A stretch of DNA of 64,000 nt from Octopus vulgaris (lineage: Eukaryota). Each line of letters opens with the position of its first letter. Position 1 is the stretch's first letter. The notes beneath the pieces are model-generated. The model was not told the origin of the DNA. It ran no database searches and saw only the letters and a program-made list of their open reading frames with translations. The position numbers were made by a program, and so were the translations under genes. Where the stretch lies: the NCBI GenBank assembly GCA_951406725.2, contig OX597816.1:126666001-126730000 (forward strand), read 5' to 3'. This document shows, in pieces, positions 12,591-25,967 of the stretch.

Positions 12591-14558
12591 AGGAGGCTTT
12601 ATGGGAATTTTAGAGAATGTATTTCACATGTGCTTATTGCCCCTAAAATATGTGTCTCATGCAAAATCTACCTTTAATAATTTGAAATGTATATATTTAA
12701 TTGGGATCTACAATTTGTTAATTAAAATATTTTGCATTAGAAATGGCAGCAAATAAATTTGCAATACTGACAGTATTTATCATGAATGGAATAGTATCTG
12801 TTTTAATGAAAGAAATTGTTTTGTAGGTCATGTTAAGAGTGTTAGAAGCAATAATGCATTGATTGGGACATTAATACATCATAGCACTGCTTTGAATTTA
12901 ATATTCTATAAAGTAATCCCAAAAAGAAAATTTCAATAGACATTAAAGCATTCATTTGTACAATGTCTAGTATGGTCACTGAATGTAATATGATTTGATG
13001 CAATTTTATCTTAATAGAGTGACTTAAGTTTTTTCTTGTCTTCAAGATCTTTGCAACATTGTCCTAAACCTAAAGTTCTATTTCATAGTAATCATCAAAT
13101 GTGAAATTAAATAATATGAACCATTGTGTACATTCACCAGCACTCAAGATTTTATCTTGTAAATAGCAGTCATTGAGAAATTAAAGATTAAAATAATTTC
13201 ATGTATATCGATTCACAACTTCAGTTTTTGATTTTAATGAAATTATCTTCAAAGCCTGAAAATAGAAGTGAAATAATAAATTTTCATGCTATATAATCAA
13301 CTATCTGATGTTGAAAATTTATGAACTTAGTAATTTTTTTTTTATAGTTCATGCTTCAGTATTTTGTAAGTTGATCCCATTCTATCTATGAAATGAAGCA
13401 AATTTTAATTAATTTGTATACAAACTGATGGCATGTGCATCTAACATTAAATTAACACCAAAATATTTTAGTATTTAAGATTGTAAAAATATATTGATAA
13501 AAAGAAGTTTTAAATATTAGTATATTCAGATTGTTTGCTGTTTAAATTTTCAAAAATAGAAACAGTTGTCATGTTTTGTATTTATTTAATACACTTCTAT
13601 TTATTTTAAATGTATATTATCTATGATGCTATTTCTTAGCATATATTTTATGTGGAGAAATAAATTTATCAGATTCTATTATGTTCCACCACTGAATTTA
13701 TTTTTTTGGCAACTGGCCAGAATTATTTTGGCTTTGTACAATCTATCAATTTGTACCTCAGCTCAAGGTGTTTCGAGGTCAGCAATTTTAAGCCTTCTTT
13801 AAACCCAGGAAACTATTAAGTCTGAAAGTAAATTAAATAATCTAGTTAATAGTATTCAAGTTCTATTCTATTCAGATCAATGTTCTTTTATTTATGTAGG
13901 GTATAAATATTTTCCATTATTATACAACCAAACATAAGGAAAATAGATTAGCTGATCAATTTAGAATTTTATAAAATTATATAAATGTAGACACTACAAT
14001 ATGAGAGGTAAAATATTCAGTTTGAAAAGTCTATATTGGTTTAGACAAATGATGAGATAATCGAAAATCATTGCTCGTTCAACACTGCAAAATTATCTAT
14101 AAATTCATGTTGCTTTATGCCATAATCTCTAATAAAGAGGGAAATAGCAATACTGTTTGATTTTGTCAAGTATTGTTGTTAATATCAGACATTATAAATT
14201 GTTCTAAAGGTTGTTCTAAAGGGTAAGTTCTGTAAAAACATCTTTACATTTTGAGAATTTCAAATTGCAATGTCAATATTATGATGGCTTTTCTTATTTG
14301 TTAAAGAGGGCAATCATTAAATATCTGTATGTTGTTCTAATCTGAATAAGTATAAAGGGCCATAGATTGATGTTTTGCAAAATAATTTATTTGAAATTAT
14401 TAATTTAAAAACATTACAGAATTAATTTCAAAGTTCATATATTTCTGGGATCATTTTATTCAATGTCTAGACCACATCTCAAAAATTGCAAAAACTTGAT
14501 TGGTGAATAGTCATTTAAATATTGCATACACTTGTTCATAGGAACAATATATCCTTTT

Positions 14559-14612
14559 CGACCCATGCTAGCATGGAAAGCAGATGTTAAACGATGATGA
14601 CGATGATGATGA
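14559..14612 (+). mobile_element. Short RTE/SINE 3' tail fragment
   Basis: CGACCCATGCTAGCATGGAAAGCAGATGTTAAAC-(GAT)n, same tail as 25920-25965 and 34640-34690. Confidence 0.7.
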
Positions 14613-15852
14613 TTTCATCTACCGTTATTCCAATGGTTTCATACAAATAAAAGCAAGCAGTCCATCACCATAGTTTACATCCTCATCTCTTCTTTATCTT
14701 ATCAACTATATGTTGCACAAAGCATTTTGCTTAATCCTTCTAACAGAGAACATCAGCATATGGAGCGTTCTGGTAGAAATTTAAAGCCTTCTGTGAGAGC
14801 TTTCTCACTAAAAAATAATTAATTGCTAATACAGAACATTTCAATAACTATTCTGAAAATCTTTAAGGTTGTGTTAAATAATTCATGTTGTTGTTTTGAG
14901 AATAAAGTTTAAGTTTTATAATATTTATTCTGTTTGTAGCTATATGGGGGCCTGGCTTAGCTGTTATAACTTAGGTATATGAATAGATGTTGAAAACTGA
15001 AACTAACTGAAAAATTACTTTTTTTACCATTAACTTTATTGCCTTTCATGTATATATTCAGGACATTTTGCTAAGTTCTTAAATAATTTATTTTTGTTAT
15101 ACATCATGTAACACTCATTTCACGATTGTTTCTATGATTTTAGGATGTTTCACTTCAGTAACAAAAGGTATTGATTTTGACATTCTAAAACTGCTTACCC
15201 TTTTCCCTAGGTAGTTGCAAAGCCACCAAATTTACGGACACTTGCTGTTAAATTTCAGTTCGTAATTAAGAACCATGCAAAAGCTATTAGAGCAAATCTA
15301 TGAAAACTTCTCCTTCAGATGTAAATTTTTGATATTCAGTCTTAGAATTTTTTTCTAGCGACTTGACATTTTTGTTTGCTGCATGACAAATCAAGCTTAC
15401 ATGAGCAGTTACGATAACTGCCTCATCATTGATTTAAACATATAAAAATGTAGAACACCACTATTCCCTAATCTACCTAGGGAATTGGAAGCTTGATTTT
15501 CATTTCCTTTCTAATCCTCTTTTATGAGTAGATAAGGTTATATATCTTCTGTAAACTATCTATTCTTATTTGTATTTAGGTGACAATATATCTTATTTAG
15601 CATTGACTTTCTTGTAGAAAGTAAGACAACTTGTGATAGGTTTATAATTTTGAAGGTTATTTCTTTTCCTTTGTTTTGGAAGGTTTAGGAGGTAAAAAAT
15701 TCATGTAATACATCTATGATTTCAGAGGTTATCCATTGTTCTCTGCTTTCATAGGAAAATTGCAAGTTTTTCCTACCTTGAATATTATTATTTCAAATAG
15801 ACATGATTTTTGTATTAAAACATTAAGTACTTAGCAACATCACTTAGTATTT

Positions 15853-16030
15853 ATGGCATGAAAGAAGCACTCAGTACACTCTTTAAAGTGGCTGGTGTTA
15901 GGAAGAGCATCCACTCAAAGAAACCATGCCAAAGCTTACATTAATATTCCCCACTATCTGCAGCTGGTCAGATGCTGTCAAACCATCCAGCTCATGCCAG
16001 TATGCAAAACGAATATTAATTGAGGATTAT
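15853..16030 (+). mobile_element. Diverged RTE 3' tail fragment
   Basis: Similar to 34510-34670 (TACACTCT...GTTAGGAAGAGCATCCA...AAACCATCCAGCTCATGCCAGTATG). Confidence 0.6.
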
Positions 16031-16042
16031 TAGGTTATTTAA

Positions 16043-17193
16043 CATTAGAAGGACTGGACTTTTCACCTACATTTAAGGACCAAAATGTGTTTTTCAATTT
16101 GAAAGGGAGAAAATAAAGAAAAGGAGAGGTAGAAAATCTTTATTAAATGTATAAATCTATTGAATTTTCTGACTTTATGGTGATATTAGTCACAATATTT
16201 TTGATATTTTGAAAGAAATTTATCCTTACAAAGCAAAAAGATATTAATTGAAATTTTAAACATCCATCATGTTTTAGTGCATATTTGCTACACAGGGGTT
16301 TTTTACAGACTCTGTACATTTCTGTGGTTCTGCTTCAGCATTTTCTTTTCACTTATGTACATTAGACTTTATTTCAAGAGGTAGATGTTTCCTCAATAGG
16401 GCATTTGATAGTACATGAACAGCCATGAAGTGAGTCACCATAAAATTCTTCAGCAACATTTTGAATATATTCCCATTGACTAATTAACTGAGTTGCAAAT
16501 ACTTGTGTTTATTACTCAGCTGTTTGTAAGAGCAGTGTTCGAACTAATATAAAAAAATGTGCATTGATCATAATCTACTGCTTGCTTTCACTGAAGAAAG
16601 TCCTGCCATTTAGTCAAGCATGTTTATACCTACCTTATTTTTGTTATAAAAAATATGGTGTCAGGCTTCTTCTCGGGGTTAATTTCAGAAGGAACTTCTA
16701 CATGTTGATTTGAGGTCCTCAGAACAACAACAGACTTTGATTTTCTCAACTGATACGATGTAAGTGTGACAGTAGGTTTCTCTGTGGATTTCAAAGCCAC
16801 AGTTTCATGGACTGGTTTCACCTGTTTTACTGCTTCTGGTAATTCCTTTCTATTCTGATGAATTGTTCCAACTAAACTGCAGTTTTGTTTTGTGAGCTGT
16901 AAAGGCTATGCAGTTACTGAATATTAAAACATTGTCACATGTCTTTATACAGAAAGCAAGTGCAAGTTTCAAAAGTTGCCAATGTGTCAATTGATGAATG
17001 GGGTCCTTATAGGTAGTACGTAGTTTATTTTTTGATTTTTTTACAGTGGGTGCAAACAACCCATAATTCATAGGGTATATAGATATCATAAAACTATGAA
17101 AAATCAAGCACCTGGATGTCAAAATTTACAATAGCTTTTGAATTGTGTGCAATTAAGATTTCAAAATGCATCAGTTGATGCACACTTTTAGTG
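16043..17193 (-). mobile_element. Internally deleted piggyBac transposon (PGBD-type transposase remnant)
   Basis: TTAA at 16039-16042 and 17194-17197; imperfect TIR CATTAGAAG / CACTAAAAG; ORF 16630-16821 TLTSYQLRKSKSVVVLRTS...PEKKPDTIFF resembles the piggyBac segment before the third catalytic Asp; decayed Cys-rich tail near 16280-16360. Confidence 0.7.
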
Positions 17194-17429
17194 TTAAACA
17201 TGTTTTCAGGCTAAAAATTTCGGATCTTGTCTATTCTAGTTTTGTAAGGTTTTCATTTTATTTTTTATTGAAGTACATCTCACTTTCAGTAAGAATCCGG
17301 TTCAAATTTTCTTAGGTTCTGTCTATTATTGTATATAGTTTATATTTGCCTCAATGTTTTTTTACTCCTACTTTTTGCCAGGAATCTCTACAGGAGTGAC
17401 CATTATCATTATTATTATTGTTGTTGCTG

Positions 17430-17607
17430 TTGTTAAGGCTATAAGCTGGCTGACTTTGCCTTTCGCTCTTTTCACATAGATGAAATAAGTACCAGTTAAG
17501 CACTGACATTGATGTAATCAATTAGTCCCACCTCCCCACAAATCTCAAGCTTAGTCCTCAACTAGTACCCTCCTGCAAAATTGCAGGTCTTGCTCCTATA
17601 GTAGTAA

Positions 17608-17666
<59 letters not shown>

Positions 17667-17700
17667 TTATTATTATTATTACTACTATCGTTGTTGTTGT
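17430..17700 (+). mobile_element. SINE family D fragment with long (TTA)n tail
   Basis: GACTTTGCCTTTC...AAATAAGTACCAGTT...GATGTAATC core shared with 43930-44140; (TAT)n 17608-17685. Confidence 0.6.
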
Positions 17701-19494
17701 TCACCTTGTGTTCAGTAACAGAGGCAGAAAATGGTGAACCAGGCCCTCCTAACAGCTCTACCCCATCAACAAAAGGACAGTTGGAGAGAAATATATAGAA
17801 AGAAAAGACAATAAAGAAACAAAAATTCCAAACAGGCAGGCAGCCCTCCCACAAAATGTCCAGACAATAACAAAGACCTGCTTGAATTGTTACCAGGACT
17901 AAAGAAGATGAAGCCAAGCAATATACATATGGAGAAGGAATTTTATCAGTTTAACGTCAAACATTTAAGTGGTTGTATATTGATTAGAACAACTAAAAAT
18001 CTTAAAAAATAGGTGAAGTATTTCTGGCTGGAAGATGTAGGTACTTTCCTTGATGTACTCAATAAAGAGATGCTAACAGGATTTCCAAAATCCTAGAGAA
18101 ATATTCAATGTCTATTCCAAATACCGTGGTTCAATAATGAAGCAGCTATGAAAACAAGATTTACTCATACAAAATATGCAAATGGAATTTTTAGGTCTAT
18201 AATTGTTTCAACAAAACATATTAGTGAGACAATTTTGTAAAACCAAACAGAATTTTTCTGCCTCAGGAAGGGACAAGGAATTATGAAAAACTGAAGTATG
18301 TAATATTTTACCTCTTGTAAAATAGTAAGTTGTTCATGCAATATCAGGAGAAACTATCTTGACTGGAAAAGACAATGGTATAGCATTAACTGCAGTACTT
18401 TCAGAAACAACACTGCTAAACAGGGGCTGAACTGTCAGATATATTCTGGCTATACATATGTATCCTAGTACATGGGGCAAAGAAGCACAAAAATCATAAG
18501 AGTCATTGCACATGACATAGCCCTAAAACTAATACTGATTTGTTGTGTCGCAGTATGGGGTGAATTGCCAAAGTGGGGTTAATGAAAGGTTGCCTAGTGT
18601 CAGTTGGTATCAAAATGACCTTACAATTCCTAATGACCCTAAAGGTGACAAGCTATGCTAGAACTGCACTCAGTAGAGGGTGCTAAAACAAAGGGCATAA
18701 GATTAATGACAAGAAGCAAAAAGTCTTGTTACATTTTGTAAAACACACATTAGAGCTGAATGAATGTAAGAATTAGGAATATTAACAGCAAAAAAACTGA
18801 AGATAATGAAGAACAGTAGCAAAAAGAACAATGGATCTCAGCTTGCAGAACATCACCTATGAAACCTTGCACTGACTGGTGTCAGGAGACTTGAAGATAC
18901 AATGGTGTTTCACTTGTGTTGTGTGACTAAATTATTTGATGATGCATGCCGATGCCACCAAAGAGACAATTTATGAGATGCATGCAGAACTGAGATGCCA
19001 ATCATTAACACATCCATTCTCCTTTAATACAATTTGTTGATTCAAGCACAAATATCTGATCGCTGTTATTTTCACCACCAGAAAATACCTCCTTCTTTTC
19101 AGTAATATGCATTCATAACACACATGTTTTTCCAGATTACTAATGTGTGGAAACTCCAAGACACTGTAATGTTTTGACTTCATTGGGTGTCACATCAGTT
19201 AAAGCTTCTCTATGGCCAGACCAGAGAATCTCACAAGGGCATGAACTCTTGTTTACTGGAATCAACAACCAAATTATTTGTTGAACATGTCTATGAAATA
19301 AATAATAATGACAGTGATCAGATAGTGATGTTCAAATCTGTCAGAACATATTAAGAATGAACAGATGTGTCGTTATTTACTTCTCAATTTTAAAATTACT
19401 TTCAGCTTTACTTTATCAAATAATTTTTTATCAGTAATAAAGCTAGCTTGAAGAAGTAAGAATATTCATTGATAGAAGCAAAATATTAAGAGAA

Positions 19495-19560
19495 CACACA
19501 CACTCACACACATGTATATGTATATATATATATACACACACACATGTATGTCTATGTATG

Positions 19561-19591
<31 letters not shown>

Positions 19592-19622
19592 ATATGTTTG
19601 TGTATGTGTGTGTGTTTGTGTA

Positions 19623-19653
<31 letters not shown>

Positions 19654-19672
19654 GTATGTATATATATGTATG
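19495..19672. repeat. Compound (TA)n/(TG)n/(CA)n microsatellite
   Basis: Direct reading. Confidence 0.95.
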
Positions 19673-20792
19673 GTAACATCTGCTCCAGTTTTCATATAGA
19701 AGGAAGTCATATGCAAAAACACATTCCGTTCTAATTACAGTTAAGTTAGAACTTTCTTAATTTTTTCACGATGGTATTGTAATGCAGGACAAAAACAATT
19801 TCTCTCGATAAAACTTGAATTCTGTTTTATATAAATAACATAAAAAATACATTTTAGAAAATGCCACTGATTGTTAAAATCTTGTTCAATCCAGTGATGT
19901 GGAAGAAGGTACCTGATAAATTATTCAGTTTTGAAATTTTGAGGATCTAACAATACATTCTCAATGACTTAAAAGCTAAAAGCACACTTAATTTTGTTTC
20001 AGATCATCTCACTTTAATGCATACTAATAAAAACTCTACTGACACTTTTATAATCATTTTAGCAAGTGATAAACACAAAGAAAATGCAAAATTAGTAAAA
20101 CAGATGGTGGAGATATAATCAGTCCATTAGACTTTATTCACATCTTGTTTCAGTCACCAAAATCTTTATAATCATTTCCGATGTTACTAAACAATATTGG
20201 CTTCTTTCTTACTTAATATATCTGACTGAAAGGTTCAGATTTATGCTTTGAAGAATATAGGTTGGCCATAAAGGAGCAACTGAAATTTTTCAAAGTTATA
20301 TAACTAATCTCAGAAAAATTTCAAATTTTATATCAGTAATTGTTAATCATGATTAAAACATTGATTTAATTTATCAATTTACTATCATTCAATTTTATTA
20401 ACTTCAGGTCATTTTTTGGTATTTCTAATATATCCTTTAGTTCTGTTTGTGAAAACTAGTCTGAGAAGTCTTTCTTATGAGTCAGTTATCTGATGCATAT
20501 CTGAATACAGGGAGAAAGAAGATGTAATAGAATTATTTTCAATACTTGATATCTATTTCACCCAAACAAAATTATATAGTATTATTCAAAAATATATTTG
20601 GTTGGATCTGAAAACATGCTCTCTATACAAATAGAAAAAAGCAATTTTCTTGCTGCACAATATTTGTTTCATCATAGAAATTTGTTGTTGACAATCTGCT
20701 GTTTGTTTCATAATGTTGACTGAATACTGGAATGAATAATATTGCAATTCTGCTGCTATGATGTTAGAGATTTCAAGATATACAAGTTTTAT

Positions 20793-21420
20793 TCAAATAA
20801 GAACAGGTCCTTTATGTCTAATCACGTGGTTATTTCTCATTTCACCTTTGCCAACTATGAAGTGCTTGTATTTATAGACCATTTGAATATCACTCCAAAC
20901 CTTCAAATGCCTCAACAAAATTACATCCTTAGTCTTTATGTACTCCAGCACTTTATCAGTGATTACCTGTGAAATCTCAGGTAACCTCTTCAATTTGATT
21001 ACCCTTTGATTGAACCAAGGAAGTGATACCACTAGCAGCCACAGCAGATTACATAGTGTACCTTTTCTGATTGATGTTTATCTTTCTATGCCAGTACCTC
21101 CAGACTTTGGTAGGAGTGAGCATACGACCACCATAACACATGTTACAGAATGCACCCTGATGTGATCTGAGAGTACCACCATGTATACGAAGAATACAAG
21201 CCACTGTACAACTGGTACCACAAAACTCAGCAAAGGTTTGATAACTCACATATTTAGAGACAGCATTAGGATGACAAGTGTTTTCCATCATCTAGTCATG
21301 CACAAAACCGACTATATCAGACTGAATAGAAGCCCTGAAAACAGCTGGTATTTTTACTCTGGAGGGCGTAGGCTTACCCTTATCATTGTAGACTGACACA
21401 AGTAGATGAATAGCTGCCTT
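20793..21420 (-). pseudogene. RPL4: Processed pseudogene of 60S ribosomal protein L4 (N-terminal half)
   Basis: Intronless minus-strand translation (K)AAIHLLVSVYNDKGKPTPSRVKIPAVFRASIQSDIVGFVHD*MMENTCHPNAVS...[45 protein letters not shown]...DKVLEYIKTKDVILLRHLKVWSDI...GKGEMRN...KGPVLI parallels eukaryotic uL4 residues ~1-210; start codon decayed to AAG, stops and a frameshift. Confidence 0.92.
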
Positions 21421-23084
21421 TGACGTAACTGGTGAATTGGAGTAGTCCTAATTGGAAAATTTTTATATAGTTTTTATAAATCCCAACTTCAGAACTGTGG
21501 AGTTGTATTGGTACTTTATACTTATCCAGTTATACATATTATCACATCAAATTTAGTGATGTGTAAAGATTTATTTTGTGCTGCAGTGGCTATTCTGTTC
21601 CCCAAACTTAGTAAGAGTCTATAAAAATATGGTGTATAAAGATATATGGTATAAGTAGTTTGAAATATTATTAAATGAATTTAAGAATGTACATTATAAA
21701 GTATGAGCCACACAAAGCATTAATAATGAACATAGTATCCTAAAAGAAAACCATGATGATATGTCAGAATGGTAACAATAAATTGGAATCAACCAATGAA
21801 AGTAACACAGGCATGGTAGATATGGCCATTAAGCACAGTTTAGGATAGGCTTCAGACACTTCAATATCTTGTGATTGATCTTTGTAGACATAGTTTGAAG
21901 TGTTCTTATCTCAAAAGGTGTTTTTATCTGACAAGACATTCCATGATGTTAATGCAATCAAGGACATTCTACATAAGGTCTGGAAGATTTAAAGATACAC
22001 ATAACTTATTTCTTTGTGTTACCTGTTATTACAGCCTGTTCCACTCAGGAATTTTCTTCATGATTAGTATCTTTTGTAGAAGAAATAACAAATACATTTT
22101 TAAGTTCTTTACCAGTATTTAGAATTTTACTCTGTAATATACTTTCTTATATTGTTGTAAGTTATGATATAATCATCACAGTCCATTAAAAGGAAAATCT
22201 TCAGTTTCCTTTAGAAGCTAACAATAGCTGGAACTTTCTGGTAGCTAATAATAGTGCATTACATATTTTAATACTACAGAGTTCTGTATAAGATTTTTAA
22301 TGCCTTTCACTGTTTCCGAGTAAAACATGAAATAGTTCCTTGTCTGACTAGAAAAGATCACTCAAGAAAGAATGATTGAGGAGGCTGATACTTTTGTGAA
22401 GTAGTGTGTTCATTTATATATATACTCATATATTGGTAAGGAAGTAAACTGATCATTGTAAAGCATGCATGGATTCTATTGGAGGGAACTTTAGTAATAA
22501 TAGAGGCACAATAATTTTGAAGTTTCTAAGTTTCAATGAAGTTATTGATAAGCTTATTGTAATCAGTCAGTAAAACGGATTTTTCAGATACACATATTTT
22601 TATAGTGCATAAAACCAAGGCAAAGCTACAGATCTGTTGGTTTATATGTTGGTTGAAAACTGTACTTTTATTTAATATGTCAATACATTTTTCTTCTTGA
22701 AAGATGACTGTCTGTGGTAACTCCAAAACTGATTTAACAGCAATAAAACGGATTAAAAACAGAGACAAAACTCTGGTTTCTGATTTTGTGTCATTTAGTT
22801 TGAAGTGTTGGTTATTCATCATAGAAACCTCTGCTGGGCTCTGACTTATTCCTGTACCAATAGACTTGCATAGCTTCATCCCCACCACAACTTCCAACAG
22901 CAATCATCCACACTACTGCATGTAGCAAAAGGAGATGTGTTATTTCAATGCTCATAACACTTATATTTACAATGCTTACATTACACTCACCCCCAATAGA
23001 GGTAACAATTTTAACACGTTTGAATGATGGTAGGTTAAAATGAGAACAGCTGTTATGACATGTCTGTTATCAAACTGAATACCA

Positions 23085-25967
23085 TCTCTCCTTCCCATGT
23101 TCCCTTCCATGCCCCTTTCTCAGTTTTCAGAGTTGGCACTGCTAATGTAGGCTCATTGAAAGGTAGGTCTAGTGAGATTGTTGAGATACGTGTTGATGAG
23201 GCATGTTGATGTATGTTGCATTCAAGAGGTAAGGTGGAGAGGAGCTTCAGCCAGGTTCCTCACAAGCAAGATACATAGGTAACAGCAATGGCAAAGGTAA
23301 CAACGACAGGGTAGGCAGTGTGGGCATACTTCTTGCAGAGAAATGGGTGGATAAGGTCATAGAAGTAGTAAAAATGTGTAATAGAGTAATTAAGGTCAGA
23401 CTAGTCTTGCAGAATAGTAAATAGTACAGCAAGTATAATCTCTGCCTATGCCCCACCACCACCACCACAAGCAGGCCTACGAAATGAACAAAAGGACCAC
23501 TTTTATGATATTCTTCTTGAGGTTACCTCAAAGACAAGTCACAATGATCTCATCTTCGTGGCTGGGGACGTCAGATGGCAGCCTGATATCATCCATAGTG
23601 GAATTGATTCCTGAAATGAAATAGAAGACAAAGGTACTGGAGTTCTGTGATGCAAATAACCTACAGATCTGCAACACCAACTTCAGGAAACCAGCCATCT
23701 ACCCAATAACCGACCAATCAAGTGACTATGCTTGCCAGATTGATTACATTCTCACCGGACCGTGGGATACATGGTTGCTCCTAAATATAAGGACCCTCCC
23801 TGGTGAAGAATGTACCCCCAGCATAGATTAGTCATTAGTGACTTTAGACTCATGAACAGAAGGATGCCAAGAAGCAGACCAATCTGGTAAAAAAGGAGTT
23901 GGAAGCTTAAATACCCTTCATATGGTCAGAGATTTAGGGACATCCTAATTGAGAAATCTGATGAGAGAGAGGAGGAACTACAGAGTCGTAACATAGAGGG
24001 CAACTGGGAATTCCTGCAGGACAGCTTGCTGAGTACCACAGACCAAATTTGCAGCTGGTGCAAAGTCCCATCTAGACCTAGGGTGACGTGATGGTAGAAC
24101 AATGCTATAGATAAGGCCATTAGAGCAAAGAAACAGGCCTGGGAAGCCTGGAAGAGGCAGGGCTGTAGGGAACTGTATCAAACAGCCAGAAGGGAAGCTA
24201 GGAGACAAGTATATCAAGCCAGGGGAAAAGTAAAAAAGAACAAGTTAGCCTATGTTCAGCGATTTGAGGACCAAAGACTTACTTAAAGTGTTTCAGATTG
24301 TAAGACAATGTGTGAGAGAAAATTGTGATGTCATAGGAGATGTCTGCATAGATGATGGTACACTTGCATTTAATGATTCTGCAAGAAAGGAGCTTGGAAA
24401 TGCCTTCATGAAAGACTGCTAAATGTGGAGAATGAATGGGAGGAGGAAAGTCTGATTGAGGGACCAGCTATCCGAATTGAAAGTACTTTGGTAGATAAAG
24501 CAATTAAGGATATGAAAACAGGGAAAGCTCCTAGCCCATCAGGAATCACCACTGAGATGCTTAAAATATCTGGCAGTGTAGGCAGTCTAGTCACCCATAC
24601 TGTAAACAGGTGGCACACAAAGGAGTCATATCCAATGACTGGTGTAACAGCACCATGGTCAACTGCTACAAAGGTAAAGGATGCCTTAGATAGAAATAAT
24701 TACATACAGAGATATCAAATCATTGAATCTAGTGATGAAAGGTACTGAGAGGGTCATAGCCCAACTAATTAAAGAGAGAGTTAGTCTAGATAAGATGCAG
24801 TTTGGATTTGTACCAGGAAGAAGCACCACTGATGCTATATATCTGGTAAGGCAGCTGCAAGAGAAACACATAGCCAAAGATAAACCTCTGTACTTGGTTT
24901 TTGTTGACCTGGAGAAAGCCTTTGACTGGGCCCCCCAATTCTTTATCTGGTGGTCAATGCAGAAACTAGGGATAGATGAGTGGTTGATGAGGGCTGTACA
25001 AGCCATGTACAGGGATGCAATCAATGACTATAGCGAAGAATTCAGGGTAAAAGTATGGGTTCACTAAGGATCGGTCCTCAACCCTCTCTTGTTCATCATA
25101 GTCCTCCAGGCAATAACAGAGGAGATCAAGACAGGCTGCCTCTGGGAGCTCCTGTATGCTGATAACCTTGCTCTTATAGCTGAATCACTACCTGAACTAG
25201 AGAAGAAGTTTCAAGAATAGAAGCAAGGTCTAGAATCAGAGGCTTAACCTAGAGTTAACCTAGCAAAAATCAAAGTCTTAGTAAGTAGGAGGGCAGAAAA
25301 ATCACAAATCCTTCAGGTAAATGGCCCTGCTCAATTTGCAGAAAAGGTGTAGGCAGAAATTCCATATGATGTGCTCAGTGTAAGCTATGGACACATAAGA
25401 TGTGCAGCAATATCAGAGGAAGGTTAACAAGGAAAATAGCTTTTGTGCGTGAAAGATGCACAGGTACAATAATCACCAAAAATATACAGAAAATAGACTC
25501 TGTCAACTGCCAGTGGGGTAAGCTAGAGTTAGTAGATAGCTTCCATTATCTAGGTGACCAAGTTAGTAGCAGGGATAGATGCTCCAAGAACATAGCTTTG
25601 AGAATAAGAATAGGCTGGGCAAAGTTCAGAGAGCTCCTACCTCTGCTGGCAACAAAGGGCCTCTCCCACAGAGTGAAGGGCAGACCATATGATACCTGTG
25701 AGCAAACAGCCATGAGACTTTATGTTGTACTTCAGAAGAAGACCTGTTGAACCGAGTAAAATCAGTCATGACAGATAAGTTACACAAATGGCACATAAAA
25801 GTACCCATTACACTCTCGGAGTGATTGGCATTAGAAAAGACATCTAGCCATAGAAACCGTGCCAAATTAGACTGGAGTCTCATGCTGCCTTCCAGCTTGC
25901 CAGCCCTAGTCAAACCATCCGACCCATGCCAGCATGGACAACGGACGTTAAATGATGATGATGATAA
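23085..25967 (+). mobile_element. RTE-clade LINE, near full-length ORF2 remnant (APE endonuclease plus RT) with 3' tail
   Basis: RVGTANVGSLKGRSSEIVE, VDVCCIQEVRWRG, QIDYIL (APE); KAPSPSGITTEMLK, QFGFVPGRSTTDAI, FVDLEKAFD, GSVLNPLLF, LLYADNL, FHYLGD (RT); tail ending GGACGTTAAAT(GAT)n; many stops and frameshifts. Confidence 0.92.

Noticed and set aside
17558-17917. 119-aa ORF with poly-Asn, and many similar His/Thr/Tyr/Ile/Val/Cys-rich ORFs
   Set aside because: They are translations of microsatellites lacking stop codons.
17950-19000. Possible decayed L1-like LINE (+), and similarly 58300-59350 (-)
   Set aside because: Only vague motif echoes; not supportable without a profile search.
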